Source: Camelus dromedarius (lineage: Eukaryota). Taken from it: DNA of 64,000 nucleotides. The DNA lies in contig NC_087472.1 in the NCBI RefSeq assembly GCF_036321535.1, positions 98,210,001-98,274,000 of the forward strand, written 5' to 3'. The notes under the pieces are model-generated. The model was given only the letters and a program-made list of their open reading frames with translations. It was not told where the DNA came from and made no database searches. The position numbers and the translations under genes were made by a program. Below, one piece after another: positions 13,226-27,019 of the stretch. Each line of letters begins with the position of its first letter. Positions within the stretch are counted from its first letter, which is position 1.

Positions 13226-15000
13226 TTCACCAAAATGCGGAGTTAGCTTTGCTTAATGAACAATAGCAAGTGGAGTGGCATCAATGGCAGTGAAGGAGTG
13301 ATATTTTTTTAATCTCAATTTCCAGAGAGAAATTAGGATACCACAACCAAACCTCACAGACAACATTCAGATCAAAATTTCAAAATTAAATGACACTGTA
13401 TTCTCTAACAGCACGAAAGGAGTAGGTGGAGACAAGCAGCTCAGCCCAGGGACTGCTGTGCTACCAGCAACTCTGACAGCAGTCAGTGAGCAGAGCAGAG
13501 GGACTGCAACCCCCTGTGATAATGTCAACAAGGGTTCACCGGCGAGGAAGGTGCCTCCTCTGAGTAGGAGGCAGAGCCCAGCAGGCCACACAAGTGAGAA
13601 TGGGGACCTGGGTAGGGAGGGGCAGTGTCGGGGTAGCACAGCCCTGTGAACGGCCAAAAGGAATGGAGGCCTCTTGCAGGAAAAAGCCGCCCATCAGAAA
13701 GGGACCACTGGAGCTGCATCCACGCAGCCCCATCAGAACACAAGCATCACCCAAGACGAGCAGTGACCTCAGGTCTCATTCAAGTATCACTCGGTCCCAG
13801 CAAACCATGCCTTTGGGAAACTAATTTGGCAAAAAATAATCTAGCTGGCTTCACTATTCTGAAATTGCCTTCAGGAAATTAAAAGAGGGAGACCTGAATT
13901 ATATCCCCCAGAACTGTGGTTTTAAGACTGAATTCTGTCCCCCTAAAAAAAATTTCCATTTCAAACTCAATGCAAAGAACTGATCTTATTCCGTTAGTGT
14001 TTGTCAATGAAGCCCAGTGGAGTCAGGCCACCGTGGAAGTGACCGAGCTGCAGGGCGGTGACGACCAGCGCACCCAGCATGCCGGCGTGCCACACGTCCC
14101 AGCAGTACTTAAACCGTGAACAGGAAAGCCACTATGCAATTATTCAATCCCTCCTTGGCCAGAACAGATGTTTTCTGTTTTGAAAGTGTATAAAACAAAT
14201 CATCACTCCCGGTAAACGGCCTCAAGATCGGGTAGTGTTGGCACACTGCAAAACAACAACCCGCCCTGCCCCACCCCGCGCGTGCTGGTGAAGGGGCTGT
14301 CCAGGCGGGGGCCACCCTGCATGTCACTGGCCAGGCTGTGTGGTGAACAAAGGCCCCGGGGCTGAGCTGGGGCAAACTCAGTCCCTTGGGCAGGGAAAGG
14401 GGTGTCTTTGCTGGCCAAGCCCAGCATGGCGGCTGTCCCTGTTTTCCAACTGGCACCATCAGCAGAGAGGCACCGACTGGGATAATGGAGGCCCTCCGGC
14501 CAGGTTTCAAGTGGGAAACAACAACAACACGTAACAAAAGAGATGCAATTTAGAGGTTTACTTTATTTCTATTCTGTGGTCTCCCCACCCCCAACCCCAC
14601 GGTTCAGTAGAAATACACTGGGTCTAAACGTTATTTCTGGCTGTTGTCACTGTCCAGTGCCTGCGGCCATTGTGTGCATTGGCCCAGCCAGGGGTAGGGA
14701 GACCACGTTCTGTCTACTGTTCCCCTCACCTCATAGTCACCTTCCTCCTGACCTGGGGGTTCCCGTCACCCACACTACTCCCAGCCCTTGGGGAAGACTC
14801 CAGAAAGGGGAGCTGGAGCTGAAACAACTGCTTAGCAGCTCTCTGCCAGAATCAAAGTTTTAAAATGAAAACTGGAAGCCAAAGACATGGGCTCCACTAG
14901 CCTTAACAAGGTGGCTTCCTTGGTCATCTTGATCTTAAGTGCTCAGTAAGTGTTTCGGGGTAATGGAAAATTTCGTTTGGCTAAATCAGTCATCCTTATT

Positions 15001-15053
15001 TGACACAACACTGTAAAATGACTATAACTCAATAAAAAACATTAAAAAAAAAA
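15001..15053 (+). mobile_element. Ultra-short (53 nt) L1 3'-terminal insertion with 13-bp TSD
   Basis: TSD agtcatccttatt at 14988-15000 and 15054-15066; body matches the last ~55 nt of the L1 ending at ~48640; AATAAA plus A tail. Confidence 0.9.
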
Positions 15054-15101
15054 AGTCATCCTTATTACTGTATCTCTGCAGGGTTTCTAGAACACCTAGA
15101 C

Positions 15102-15271
15102 CAGTGGTTTTCAATCCGAGTTGTGCATTATAATCACCTGGGAAGTTTTTAAAATTCTGATGCCACATCCTAGACCAATTAAATAAAAATCTGGGGGTGG
15201 GACCCAGGCATCATGATTTTTTTAAAGTTCCCTGGGAAATTCCAATGTGCAGTTACGGTTAAGAACCACTG
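15102..15271. mobile_element. MER5-type hAT MITE
   Basis: Inverted termini cagtggttttcaa...aagaaccactg; aatcacctggg core. Similar copies at ~10950-11285, 34230-34400, 41435-41600, 57770-57960. Confidence 0.75.
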
Positions 15272-18069
15272 ATCTAAACCACTCGATACAAAGAAGAAAA
15301 AGAAACCCTCACTATCTCCAAACTACACGGAAGTCACCAAAAGGTTATAGAAATATTCAATGAAACAGAAGGTCTGAGGCAAGTCCAAACTCCCTACTAG
15401 CTACAGCCACAGGTAACTGATGACAGGCCCCAGAAAATGTTTTTGCAACTATTACACAGTTTCAACCTTCATGCCTGTCTAGCAAGGAGCATGTAACATG
15501 ACCAAACAAAATGTGCTTGCTCTATCAGGGTTCTTAAACAGGGGATGGCAATACGGTGTGTATGAGTGTCCTACCTTTCACATGACTTTAGATAATCCCA
15601 GCCATACCCACTAAATATGAGGAGTGCCCCTCCTTGTGGAAAAAAAAATGACCCATACCCCAATTTTCCAGGGGCAGAAGGGACACGAGTAATGCAATCC
15701 CTTGAGAACTATTAGACGCTCTACACATGAGTGAACACAAGTGAGATCAGAGCATATCCAGATTTGGGAAGACAAGATAGTGATGTCATAAATGCCAACA
15801 AATCAGAAAATGTGAAATAGATTCAATGCTAAAAGAGATAAGTACACCGCTTTCAGGTAGACATGCTAATTCAAACTAGGCTAATAAAATGTTTGGCACA
15901 AGTTCTTAGAAAGCTCTGGCCAGGCAAGAATGATGGAATGATGTGTAACTAGTCAACCACTCAGACAGCCTTTCAAGTGCTCAGAAACACAGTGACCTGT
16001 CCCAGGGCAACATGTGTCCTTTGTCCAATGGGCAACTCAGTGTCCTTATTTCCAGACCACTGCCCACTTTGGGTGTGTTTATTCAACAACAACTCAAGGA
16101 AAATCAACTTGGTGGTCAACAAATTTAACACGCCACTACCGAAAGAAGGCAAGGAAAGACAAAGTTTTATCCCCCTGCCTCAATTTCTCCCCGAGACCCA
16201 TTTACAGGGCTCTCTTGGATAATGAACCTCATTCCTCGGACCCTGACCATAAGCTCCAGATGCCACATCCTAGAGCAATCACAAATTTGGGGCCAAATCC
16301 CAAATTTCTACATCCAGCTGGAATCTGCCTCCCACAAATGCTCACCACACTGTCCCAATCTCAAATCTAGAATCAAAATCCGGCTCAGACTTCCCTACTC
16401 CTTCCCATCAATGGACAATGCCCCTGCCGCTTAAGATCCTCCTTCATGGCCCCAGACGTTTCCCCAAAGGCCCTCCACCACAGCCTAAGACACCAGGCAC
16501 CATGGCAAAAAGACAGGAAAACATGCTTCCATTAAATTCCCACTTCTTTGGTTTTAAGAAGCTAAATACTATAACCTTCGTAACAAAGTGAATTCCATTA
16601 GAGAGGATGCCCTCAACAAATAAGCAATTTTCACACCTCCAGAAAAACTCTGGACTCTTCACCCCCGACCTTGACTTGTGCCTTTTAAGTCTTTCTCAAC
16701 TGCAGAAGCTTCAACTACGAGAACTCTGGACAGAAGGTGAGAGGGCTTTAAGCTCCACAAGGCCAAGTCTCAGGGCCTGCGGGGCCATCACCATGCCAGC
16801 TGTGGGCCCGGGCCGCACCGCCTCCTCTGCGGGGTCAGGCTGCTGCGGGCCTTCCTGCTTCCTCACGTTCAAGCAGCACCTGGTTTATGAAATTAGGAGA
16901 TGAATTCCTATGCTTGCCAAGAATATCTTTAATTACATGGGCTGGAAATTCCACACCTCACCACCAAGCGCACCCCCCACCCCAGTTATGTTGTCTTCTA
17001 GGTCTCCCTCCCACAAAGCTCAAACAACTGAAGTTCCCAGGGGTGGTTAGTTACTCCCATGGCTGCACCATGCCCAAGTGGTGAGGCCCAAAGCCCAGCG
17101 TCCATCCAGCCCACTTTCCACTCCCCAGACCCACTCCATGCCCTAACTTGTCCACGCCTCTCGGCTCCCTCTGATCTGCCTCTCCATGCACTTTCCATTT
17201 ACCATCCAAGTCAGGGAGCCCAGCCACCTCCTTTCAGAGATCTGTGCTCTTAGTGGGAGAATGGCCCTGAAACTGGTGGCAGATCCGTTTGCTCCTCCCT
17301 CCAAGGGGCAGCATAAATGCAGGCCTCCTTCCCCAAACCCGAGACTCTGATGTCAGAGAACCGAAGAGTTGGACTTAGGTTGTGCCCATTTTACCAGCTT
17401 TCTGGTCTTCTTGATAGAACCTCAAATCTAAAAGAAGGGAAACTGGACTCCAATAGTTTGGAATCATTCAAGTATCTGCTTTAAAAAATCCTCTCAGATG
17501 TCCTCATCTTGACAGCGTTATGCCTTGATCAAAACGCAGAACTGTACACTAAATTTACTCTATGTAAAATATATCAAGGTAAAAAAATCTGTTCCACAGC
17601 TACCACCACCACTGGCACAACCACTCCTGAGAACAAATGAGCATAACGTTTGTTCCTCATGGGCCCCTCTCACCCACACCAGTTGCTCACAACAGCCTGA
17701 GTTCCAGAACATCTTTTGAACTCATTCTGAATATGCTAGGTACAACAACAACAACAAAAAAAATTAATGTTGAGAGGCAACAAATCTAGATTACTGAAAT
17801 CAAATGATATACAGAAATAGACTTCGTATTTCACAATCAAAAACAGCTTAACACTTAAATTTAAAATTATATTTTATTATCTTTTTAAATTTTAGCAAAG
17901 AGTCTGTGCCTCAGGAGATTTCTCAGACATTCAAAAGCCTAATGAATTTCCAAGGATTAAAGTGGAGATCAAGCAGGTGCTTCCTCAGCCTGTCTTAGGT
18001 ACAACAGCTTGGTCTTATATTCTACATCCAGTCCTTTTTACAACAGCTGCAGGATGATTAATCTCATCA

Positions 18070-18575
18070 CACAAAACCCAAGCCAACAGGAATGTCCAAA
18101 GCAGCATGACTCATAATACTCAAAAAGTGAAAACACCCCAATTGTCCATCAGGGTGTAAGTGGAAAAGGGAAATGTGGTCATATCCATACCATGGACTAT
18201 TATTTAACCAAAGAAGGAATGAAGTGTACCAACACATACTACAACATGGGTGAATCTTGAAGACACGATGCCAAAGAAGCCAGTCACAAAAGACCACATA
18301 TTGTGATTCTATTTATATGAAATGGTCAGAAAAAGCAAGTCCCTAGAGACATAAAGCAAATTAAGTGGTTGCCAGGACCTGGGAGGAATGGAGGTGATAG
18401 CTAAGGGGTACAGAGTTTCTTCCCGGAGTGATGAAAATGTTCTCCCGGAGTGATGAAAATGTTCTAAAATTGTGGTGATGGTCGCACAACTCTGAATATA
18501 CCAAAACCATTGAATTGTATACTTTAGATAGGCAAATTGTGTGAAACGTCAGTTATAGCTCAATAAACCTGTCCC
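18070..18575 (+). mobile_element. L1MB-type 3' end
   Basis: aagaagccagtcacaaaagaccacatattgt...gtgatgaaaatgttctaaaatt...AATAAA; contains a 22-bp tandem duplication at 18421-18464. Confidence 0.85.
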
Positions 18576-18861
18576 AAAACACCCAAACAAGGGGCACTTT
18601 TAGATTCTCAGTTACTGTGAGGTAATCAAGGCAACAGAAAGTTCCAGAAGCCAGTTTCTACCCTCAATCAACCATAAGACAGGCTCCAGGCACGAGGTTA
18701 AAGGGGCTGCAAGAGGCAGTCTTCTCTGTCCGTCCCCACCCATCCCTGAATAGCTTGTCTCTGATCCGTCGCTCTGTGTGGGCGCTATCCCAGGGCTGGA
18801 GCCAGTAAAGCGTGCCTGCGGCCAGCGCCAATGCCTCAGGCTCCATCACAGCAGCCGCGGC

Positions 18862-19076
18862 CATCGTGGTGACTGATGTTATTAATACTGAATTGTACCC
18901 TTGAAAGCTGCTGGGAGAGTGGATCTGAAAAGTTCTCATCACAAGGAAAATAATCTGCAACTATGTGTGGTGATAGATGTTAAGCAGACATTGCAGAGAC
19001 CATTTTCCAGCACGTATTGAATCATTATGTTGTACACCTGAAATAGGTTATAGGTCAATTATATTTCAATTAAAAA
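18862..19076 (+). mobile_element. L1MA-type (L1MA9-like) 3' end
   Basis: aaaagttctcatcacaag...aatcattatgttgtacacctgaaa...caattaaaaa. Confidence 0.8.
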
Positions 19077-21469
19077 TAATTAACAGCAGAAGTGGGGCTG
19101 CAAAATACTGAAAGGTTCAACAACATAAACAACATGGAGGGCTTATTTTCATAGCAGTTTTTGGTATTCAGAGAGAAGAGAAACCCAACCAGGAAAAGTT
19201 AATTACAGAAAAGAAGAAAAAAGACCTACCAAAGTTGGATTGACAGCCACACAACACAGAAATGACACCCCAGCTCTTTTCATGCAATCATGCTTTAAGG
19301 AAAACCATATGGGACTGTTTACAGTACCAGCCACAATGACTATTTCTTAAAACTCACACTGCGGTACGCTTGGTATACTGTAAACATGCTGCCAATTATC
19401 TCACTGCCCTGCCTTCCCTTTCCCACTGCAGGAGAGAGCAGTTAAAGGGGTATTTCCCACAGACACGTGGGCCCCCAACACCTACTGGAAAGGGGGCAGG
19501 AGCCTCACTCTACTTTAAAATAACACCAACCCAGAGCCAATCTCCTTAAAGAAATTAAAGTGCTTATTAAAGAAAGATCTATGAGACAATGCTAATCCCT
19601 CTGTAGTCTGGAATCAGAACACTAATACAATATTGGATCTTCTTCCTGGTAAGCCAGTTTCCCCCACAGGACTAGGAGAGTCTTAAAAGTAGCCACAAGC
19701 AACAGGTGGCACTGTAGGGTCTACCTCCACGGAGCTGTCACGTGGCTCCAACTCTCCTGTCCTCACATTCTAAGCCCACCCGGAAGGCTAACCAAGAGTT
19801 TTAAAATAAGGCACAGGAAAGAGAGATCAGGCAAAAGCCTGGCTTTCATCTGGGGGAAAGCTGACATGTTAGTTTGTGGCCACAACACACTGAACACCAG
19901 GCCACTTGCCCTCTCCCAGAAGGAGTCACTGGAGGAACATCTGGTGGACAACGACCCCATGGAACGTGGGAAGGAGTCAACTTGGCTGGAGCTGGGGAAG
20001 AGAGCCGGGCAGAGGACACAGGAAGAGGTCACGCCACAGTGAACCCTCTTGTGGGCCGGGCTCAACTTGACAGGAAGTGGGAGTTAAAGGAAGCGAAACC
20101 AGGCCCAGCAGCATCATAAAAGGGACAGGCAGGTGGCAAGAGGGGACTTGCAGGGTTTGAGGATACAGGACAGAAGACTTAAGACATCTGGCCCAGGAAA
20201 CAGGACAAGCCCTTACCTTTAGTTCAAAACTGCTGTCCACAGTCCACTGAGAAGCATGGAAAGGGTCCCCGCCACCACATGCCACCTCCCCTCAATTCAC
20301 AGAGCAGCAGGATGAGAACAGGGGACAGGCGGGCCCCAAGTGGGCTGGCAATGGTTTCCTTCAGCTCCACCCAGAAGGAGAACAAGATTTCTTTCCCAAA
20401 GTAGAAATGGCAGGACTTTTTTTTTTAATCCAGGAAGGATGAAGTATGTTTTCCGAGCACTTAAACACTGAATCTCCAGCTTTCCTGCCACTAACTTTAG
20501 GTGGGCAGAACCCTCACAGGTCAGACCTCTTAGCAGTTGTATTTCTATACAAAAAATTCTAGGGTTTCTGCCAGAGCTGCTATGCCAGGCTGCAAATCAA
20601 CAATGAAAATAGTATTTCCAGAGATAAAGCAGTTTGGACTTTGTGAATCTGTGATGTCAAAAATCACATTTGTATCAGAGCAGTCCCTTGCTCTGGCTTT
20701 GGCCAGGGCAGACTCAACCAGGTCAGCACTGAGGTCTGTGCCCCTCAGAAGGGCCCTCCAAGGAGACTGCTTTGCACCCAGGAGGCGCTGGGCAGGCGAG
20801 CGTGACTGGAGAACGGTACGGAATAGGACCCAAACTCCCCAGACACTGGGACGCGGCCTGTGCTACAGAAGATTCCAGATGATGCAAAGGCCACAAGGCC
20901 GTGTGAGGGGCCTGTGCTCTGTACTTGTACACTTTTCCAGGTGGCTCTGAGGCAAGCCACGGGACTCAGATGGTCTAAAGGCAGAGGTGGGCAGGCTCGC
21001 TCTGCAAAGGGCCACACAGGACAGATGCCAGGCTTGGCAGGCCACGTCAGGTCCTGTCACCAATGTGTGTTTGTGTTTTACTGCCCTTTAAAAAGGCAAA
21101 AATCATTCTTAGCTGGAGGGCTATACAGAAAGAAGCCAGAAGAGCAGGATTTAGCCCAAGGGCCTTAGTTTGTTGACCCCTGGTCTGAAGTCTTTTCCAG
21201 CTCTAAATTCTTAACAGGGACACTCAGCTGTAATTCTACAACCTGGATTTCCAGAAGTGACATTCTAGAATTTCAGACGAGAATAATCTGAGAACATTTC
21301 CTACATTTAACTGAGCAACTTAGTAAATGTGGGAAAAATTACAGCTAATAAGCTATGTAACCAGGACCTCTGTGTCTTAAGAACTACAGAGAACTAACAC
21401 TAGCAGCTAATGGGAACTCCCTCACGCCAGAGAACAAGAATGTGTAGGAGTACCAGCCTCCATGTAAGT

Positions 21470-22570
21470 CTCAAATCACTCATCTATGCTCCCACTTCAA
21501 GAACTTAGAAAAAAAATTAACCCAAAGCAAGCAGAGGAAGGGAATAAGGATAACAGCAGAAATCAATGAAATTGAAAAACAAAACAAAAAACTATAGAGA
21601 AATCAATGAAACTAAAAGCTATTACTCTGAAAAGGTCAATAAATTGAAAAACCAGAGCAAGAATGACAAAGAAAAAAAAAAGACAAAATATAGATTGCCA
21701 GTATTAGGAATCAAATTAGAGATATCATTACAGATGCTGCAGACACCAAAAGGATAATAAAGGAATCCTACAAACAACTCTAGACAGAAATTTGATAATT
21801 TAAGGAAATGAGCAAATTTCTCAAAAAACAAACTACCACAACTCACCAATATGAAAGGTAATTTCAACAGCCCTATAACCACACTAAGGTAATTAAATGT
21901 GTAATTTTACAACACCGCCAAAAAACAAACAAACAAACAAACAAAAACAACCTTGAGGCCCAGATGGTTTCACTGGAGAATTCTACCAAGCATTTAAAGA
22001 ATTAACACCAATTCTATATAATCTCTTTCATAAAATAAAAAAGGAGGGAATACCTCCAAATTCATTTTGTTTTATAAAGCCATTTATCCTAACACCAAAA
22101 CCACAGAAAATCCAAAAAGAGAAACCTACAGACCAGACCAACATCCCTCATGAACAGAAACAAAACTCATTAACAAATCCTTAAAATCCTTAATAAGAAT
22201 TTATCGATATGAAAATAATTATATAACATGACCAAGTGGGATTTATTCCAGGTATGCAAGGCTGGTTCAGTTTTTTTAAAAAGCAATGTGGTCCACCATA
22301 TTAATAGGCTAAAGAAGAAAAAATCACGTGGTATTGGTCAATGCAGAAAAAGTATTTGACAAAATTCAACACCCATTCAAAATAAAAGCACACAGAAAAT
22401 AGGAACAGAGGGGCATGTCCACAACTTGATAGGGAGCATCTACAAAAAACTGACAGCCAGCACCGTCCTCAATGACAATAGACTGAGTGCTATCAGGAAT
22501 AAGGCAAGGACGTCCGCTCTCACTGCTGCTACTCAACCAAGTAACGAAAGTGTAGTCAGCTCAATAAGGC
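21470..22570 (+). mobile_element. Degenerate LINE-1 ORF2 internal fragment (region leading into RT)
   Basis: aatcaatgaaactaaaagc, ggcccagatggtttcactggagaattctacc, gggatttattccaggtatgcaaggctggttc; many stops and frameshifts. Confidence 0.88.
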
Positions 22571-23260
22571 CAAGAGGCCAAGACGTGTCCAAGGTTACAC
22601 AGCCAGTAGGTGGTAGAGCTAGGTCCAAACTCAAAGCAGCCGGGCTCCAAAATCCAGTGCTTTTAACCATGACATTGTGTTGCTTCCCTTAGTTATAGAT
22701 GGGACAAGAATAAGCCACTTGTCCCATACACAAAACATCAACAGTGGTTATCTACGTGTGCTAAGATTAGAGATCTGGCTTTCCCCCTTTCTATTTCTCT
22801 ACACCCTGTACTCGTCTAAAAGCAGCACATGACCTAAACGACAACAGCAACAAGAATGTAGAAAGACAAATGCATAAACCATTACTTGAACAGCTTCTGC
22901 AGTTTCTTCAAGTAAAGCCATATCCTTTGTTCAAAGGGGATAAAAAAGCACACACAGGGGCTCTATTAATAATTTAACATTCACCAAAAAAAAATTTTTA
23001 AGACCTATCCTATTCCAAAGGGACCAAGTTGGTGGTAAGCACTTTTTCTCTCCAACCTAGACAAATTCCACTTAGGAACATCAAACGCTTGGACAGACAC
23101 GCCCATGACCCTCTTCCTCAAAACCCCAGAACCGACTGGGCCACTTAGTTGCAGCACTCAACAGTTCAAAGATTCAGTGTTAAACCATTTATAAAACCTA
23201 CACCATTACTGTTTCCCAAAGCGTGACCCACGGCTCCAGTTCTAAGAAAAAGGGTCCCAT

Positions 23261-23497
23261 AAATAAGTCATGGGATGTAATGTACAGCACGGTGACTATA
23301 GCTAATAATACTGTATTGTGTATTTGAAAATTGCTAAATAGATGTTAAAAGTTCTCATCATAAAAAAATAATTTTGAAACTACATATGGTGATGGATGTT
23401 AACTTGTGATCATTTTGCAATGTATACAACTATTGAATTGTGATGTTGTACACCTGCAACTAATGCAATGTTACGTGTCAATAACCTCAATTAAAAA
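23261..23497 (+). mobile_element. L1MA9-like 3' end with degenerate TSD
   Basis: Flanks aaaaagggtcccat (23247-23260) and aagaagggccccat (23496-23509); typical 3' UTR. Confidence 0.8.
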
Positions 23498-26400
23498 GAA
23501 GGGCCCCATGTTGAACCCAATTTGAGACATCTCCTAATATTCACGTCTAGAAACTCAGAATGCCCGTTAGCCTATCAGTTTTGCTTGACCACTATGACCT
23601 AGTCCTTCAGAAGAAACAATTTGGTTATTAACAATATCCTAGAAATTGCTCAGGAGTCTCATTGGAGAAATATCCATTCCAGGGAAAATGGAGTCGTGCA
23701 ACACAAACCCATGGAAGTGCTATCTTAAAAATCAGCATCTTTTTAAAATTCTGCTTTAATAACTTAGTGAGGTCTTTTAAATAAAGTAGATCAACCTTCA
23801 AATCACATGCCAACCCATTATATTCTGCGTCTTCTTTTGCCAGAAGAACTTTCCTTATCTTTCAGTAAGTTAAATTTACACCTCTTTATAGCTGAGCATC
23901 TTTATCCACTGGCACCATTTCAAAGTACTCAGCGCTAAGTATTGCAATTGGTGTTAAGTGTTTTATGTATCATTTGACACTCTTCCAAACATTTTATTGG
24001 ACATCCCACCCAACAACACAGTGTGTGGGATTTTGGTATCATTAGCACCTTCAAGCAAAGGGTGAAATTAAGGTGCATGGGAAACTACCCAGAGGGTCAA
24101 CTCAGCTCAGGAACCTAGAATGCTCTACTGGCTCTTACCAGCTCCTTTTGACTTTGTGACTTAGCATATAAATGCCTTTGATCATAAGCATGGCCACTAG
24201 CTCAGCAGCTCTTTCCATGACACAGGTGACATTATCTGTTTACCAAAATGCAGGCGGACCACAACTCAGGGCTCCAGAATTCTTTTTCATGGGGTCTGGA
24301 AAAGTGCCTAGTTATAAGGGTTTCAAAGAGCATTTGTGCAATGGTTTACATACTTGGTTTGCAGAATTCAATTGAGGAGGTTTCCCAACTTTTCAAAAGA
24401 ACTGAGCCTGTAATTAAACTACCATGAAATGGTGGTTGGAGCCGCAGCGCACACCAGCAAGCTTGGGTTACAACTGCAGTGAAATGGTGGATTAAAATGC
24501 CCAGAATGTGTGTGACTCCAAAAACTAAACTCAATAATAGCTTTACTGAACATGGTTTTAAACAGACGCCCAACCACAACTCAGTCACTTTCTAACTAAT
24601 CCTTACCTGCCAAGGGTTAGTATAACCACAGTGGTCTCAATTCAAACTATAAAGCCCGTAATTCCAAATCTTACCAGGGTCCCAAGTCCAACACCAAAAG
24701 CTCTAGCTTTTCACAGCTATGGGAGACCACAGGACTTCAGTCTATCTCCCAAGAAGGAGGCAAAGGCCTGCAAGTGCTGATTCAAATACGGCCAATTTCA
24801 TTATATACAAGTAAGAGGCTACAAAGAAGATTCCAAATTGGTAACTCCTCCACTGCCAAACAAAACCAGCTTTCCTCCACAGAACAAAAATCACAAGACA
24901 AATCATCTACCAGTTCATTATTAAACTGAAAAATGCTCTTTTTTAAGAAAAACCACATGCAGAGCTTTGGATTACTTGAAAAAAATACCTCTCTCTTGTT
25001 GGGGTGGGGATTGTTCCTAGTGCCTGGATTATGAAATCAATTTCTTAAACAGCTGTTATCCCTTCCAAAGCATTTTAAACCAATAGAAAATTACTAAGTG
25101 AAAACTAGAGGTAGCTTTTTGATATAAAGCACAAAATAATTTTACCATACACTACCTCTACAGGTTTAAAGACATGGCTATGACTTTGGAACTATACTCT
25201 AAAAACCCATTAAGGTTTACACAATTTTTTAATGGCAATCTCACAAAATGAATTCCCAGCAATGTGCAATTATTCAGCCTGTAGTCAAATAGTGCACGAT
25301 CAGCGCAATTAAGAATCTTTTGCAGAGTTGGGGGAAAGGGAGGGTTTTTTAAATCCCAACAAAGCAAAAGAACATGTCAAACAAAGGTGAACTCCAACAA
25401 GCGACCTCCCCCAAGCAGTCCAGAAAACATCGTCAAAGACAATAAAGGTAGCTACATAATGGACAAAAAACACATTCTCCAAAGCTGTTAGGAAATTCTG
25501 AGTGCAGGTGCCTCCTGACTACTTGGAAGCAAAAGAAGTATGAGACTCAAGTGTGTTGGGTGAAGAGGGAGAATTGGACCATCATGGACCTTGTGAATGC
25601 TGTTAATGAGTTTCAACCCACGGGAGGGTTTTTAAATGGAGAAAGGGACAGGCATCTGTTGAGCTCCTGTTGATTGAGCCCTTCCCAAAAATGGAGACAA
25701 AGAGGGAGATTATGGCTAAGAACTGTAGCCGAGGGAGCAAGGAATTTGAGAGGGTAGCAGGTAGAACCCACAGGACTTAATGACATGAATGGGTGCCTCA
25801 AAGGTTTCTGATACAAGGGGTTTTTTGTTTTTAATGAAGATCCAATTGCAGTGGTTCTCATATTTAATCAGCATCAGAATTACTGGGAGGAAGCTGGTTA
25901 AAAATGCAAACTCCAGGTACTACTCTCCCCTCAAACACTGTTATTCAAGCCAGTCTAGAGTGTGGCCCACGCATCCATTTTCCCACTCCCAGTCACCAGC
26001 TGCCCAAGGTTTCCCTGTTAAGGCGGCTGCTGTCTATCAAAATGATGGGTAAAGTGTGGTGGGACAAGGGACAGTGATAAGAGGGTAGGGAGAAAGTTTT
26101 TTTCTATTCTTAAACAAAAGAACAAAAAAGCTAGATGCAATCAAACCTGGATTGTTTTAGGTTTTATGCTTAAAGTTACAGCTATTTTTAAATACACAAA
26201 GACGATATGCTTCCACCAGAAAGCAGCTCAATAAGTACGTGGGGGAGAGGGAGCTTGGTGGAGACGTACAGGAATTCAGGGAGGAAGGGTCACCTGAAGC
26301 CACAGGCCTCGGCTGGGTAGGAAGTGCTAACCAACTCCAGCGCAAACCTCGGAGGAAGGTCTGGCCCATCCTCCCTACCCGCAGCGCAGACTTCGAAAAG

Positions 26401-27019
26401 AACCAGAGAAATTTTGCTGATGATTTGTCATCCAGATCACTCCAAACTGGTTAGAACTTACACTGGGGATCCTCCAGTGCTCTTTTGAGCTGTCAATGCT
26501 GTGCACTGCTGGATGTTCAGCAGCATCCCTGGCCTACTAGATGTTAGTCCCCAAGCTGAGACTACCAAAAATGCCTCCAGATAGTATCAAATGGGGGGGG
26601 GGGACGGGACGGAAGAGGGAAACAGGGGCATAGAGACTCTCTGCCTTTACTGAAAGGCTTTGCAGTAGTGTAATTACCAAAGGCCTTGAAATAAAATAGA
26701 CATGGCTTTGAATCAGATATCCCACTTAAAAGGTGAAAAGCTTCAACAGGCCTATTTATTCAATTTCAAAATGGAAATAACAGGACTTACCATAGGGATG
26801 TTATGAGGATTATATAAAATGTGTTATGCGCTTAGGGCAATGGCTAGCCCAGGAGGCACTTAGTAAATATTGGCCTTTTTTGTTTTCAAAAAGATGTTCT
26901 GAAGAGAAACAAGGGGTATTTGCTTATAGCTTTGGCCTGAATGGAAACCGACTCCCAAAAGGAACAATAAACAGAAATGATAGTCCCAGTTATCTCTCCA
27001 GCTCCTGGTGGGGGGTGGT

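Noticed and set aside
18421..18464. Short direct repeats (22 bp here, 15 bp at 36161, 33 bp at 52267) as a CRISPR-like or functional array
   Set aside because: Two-copy slippage duplications inside transposon fossils, with no spacers, in a mammalian genome.
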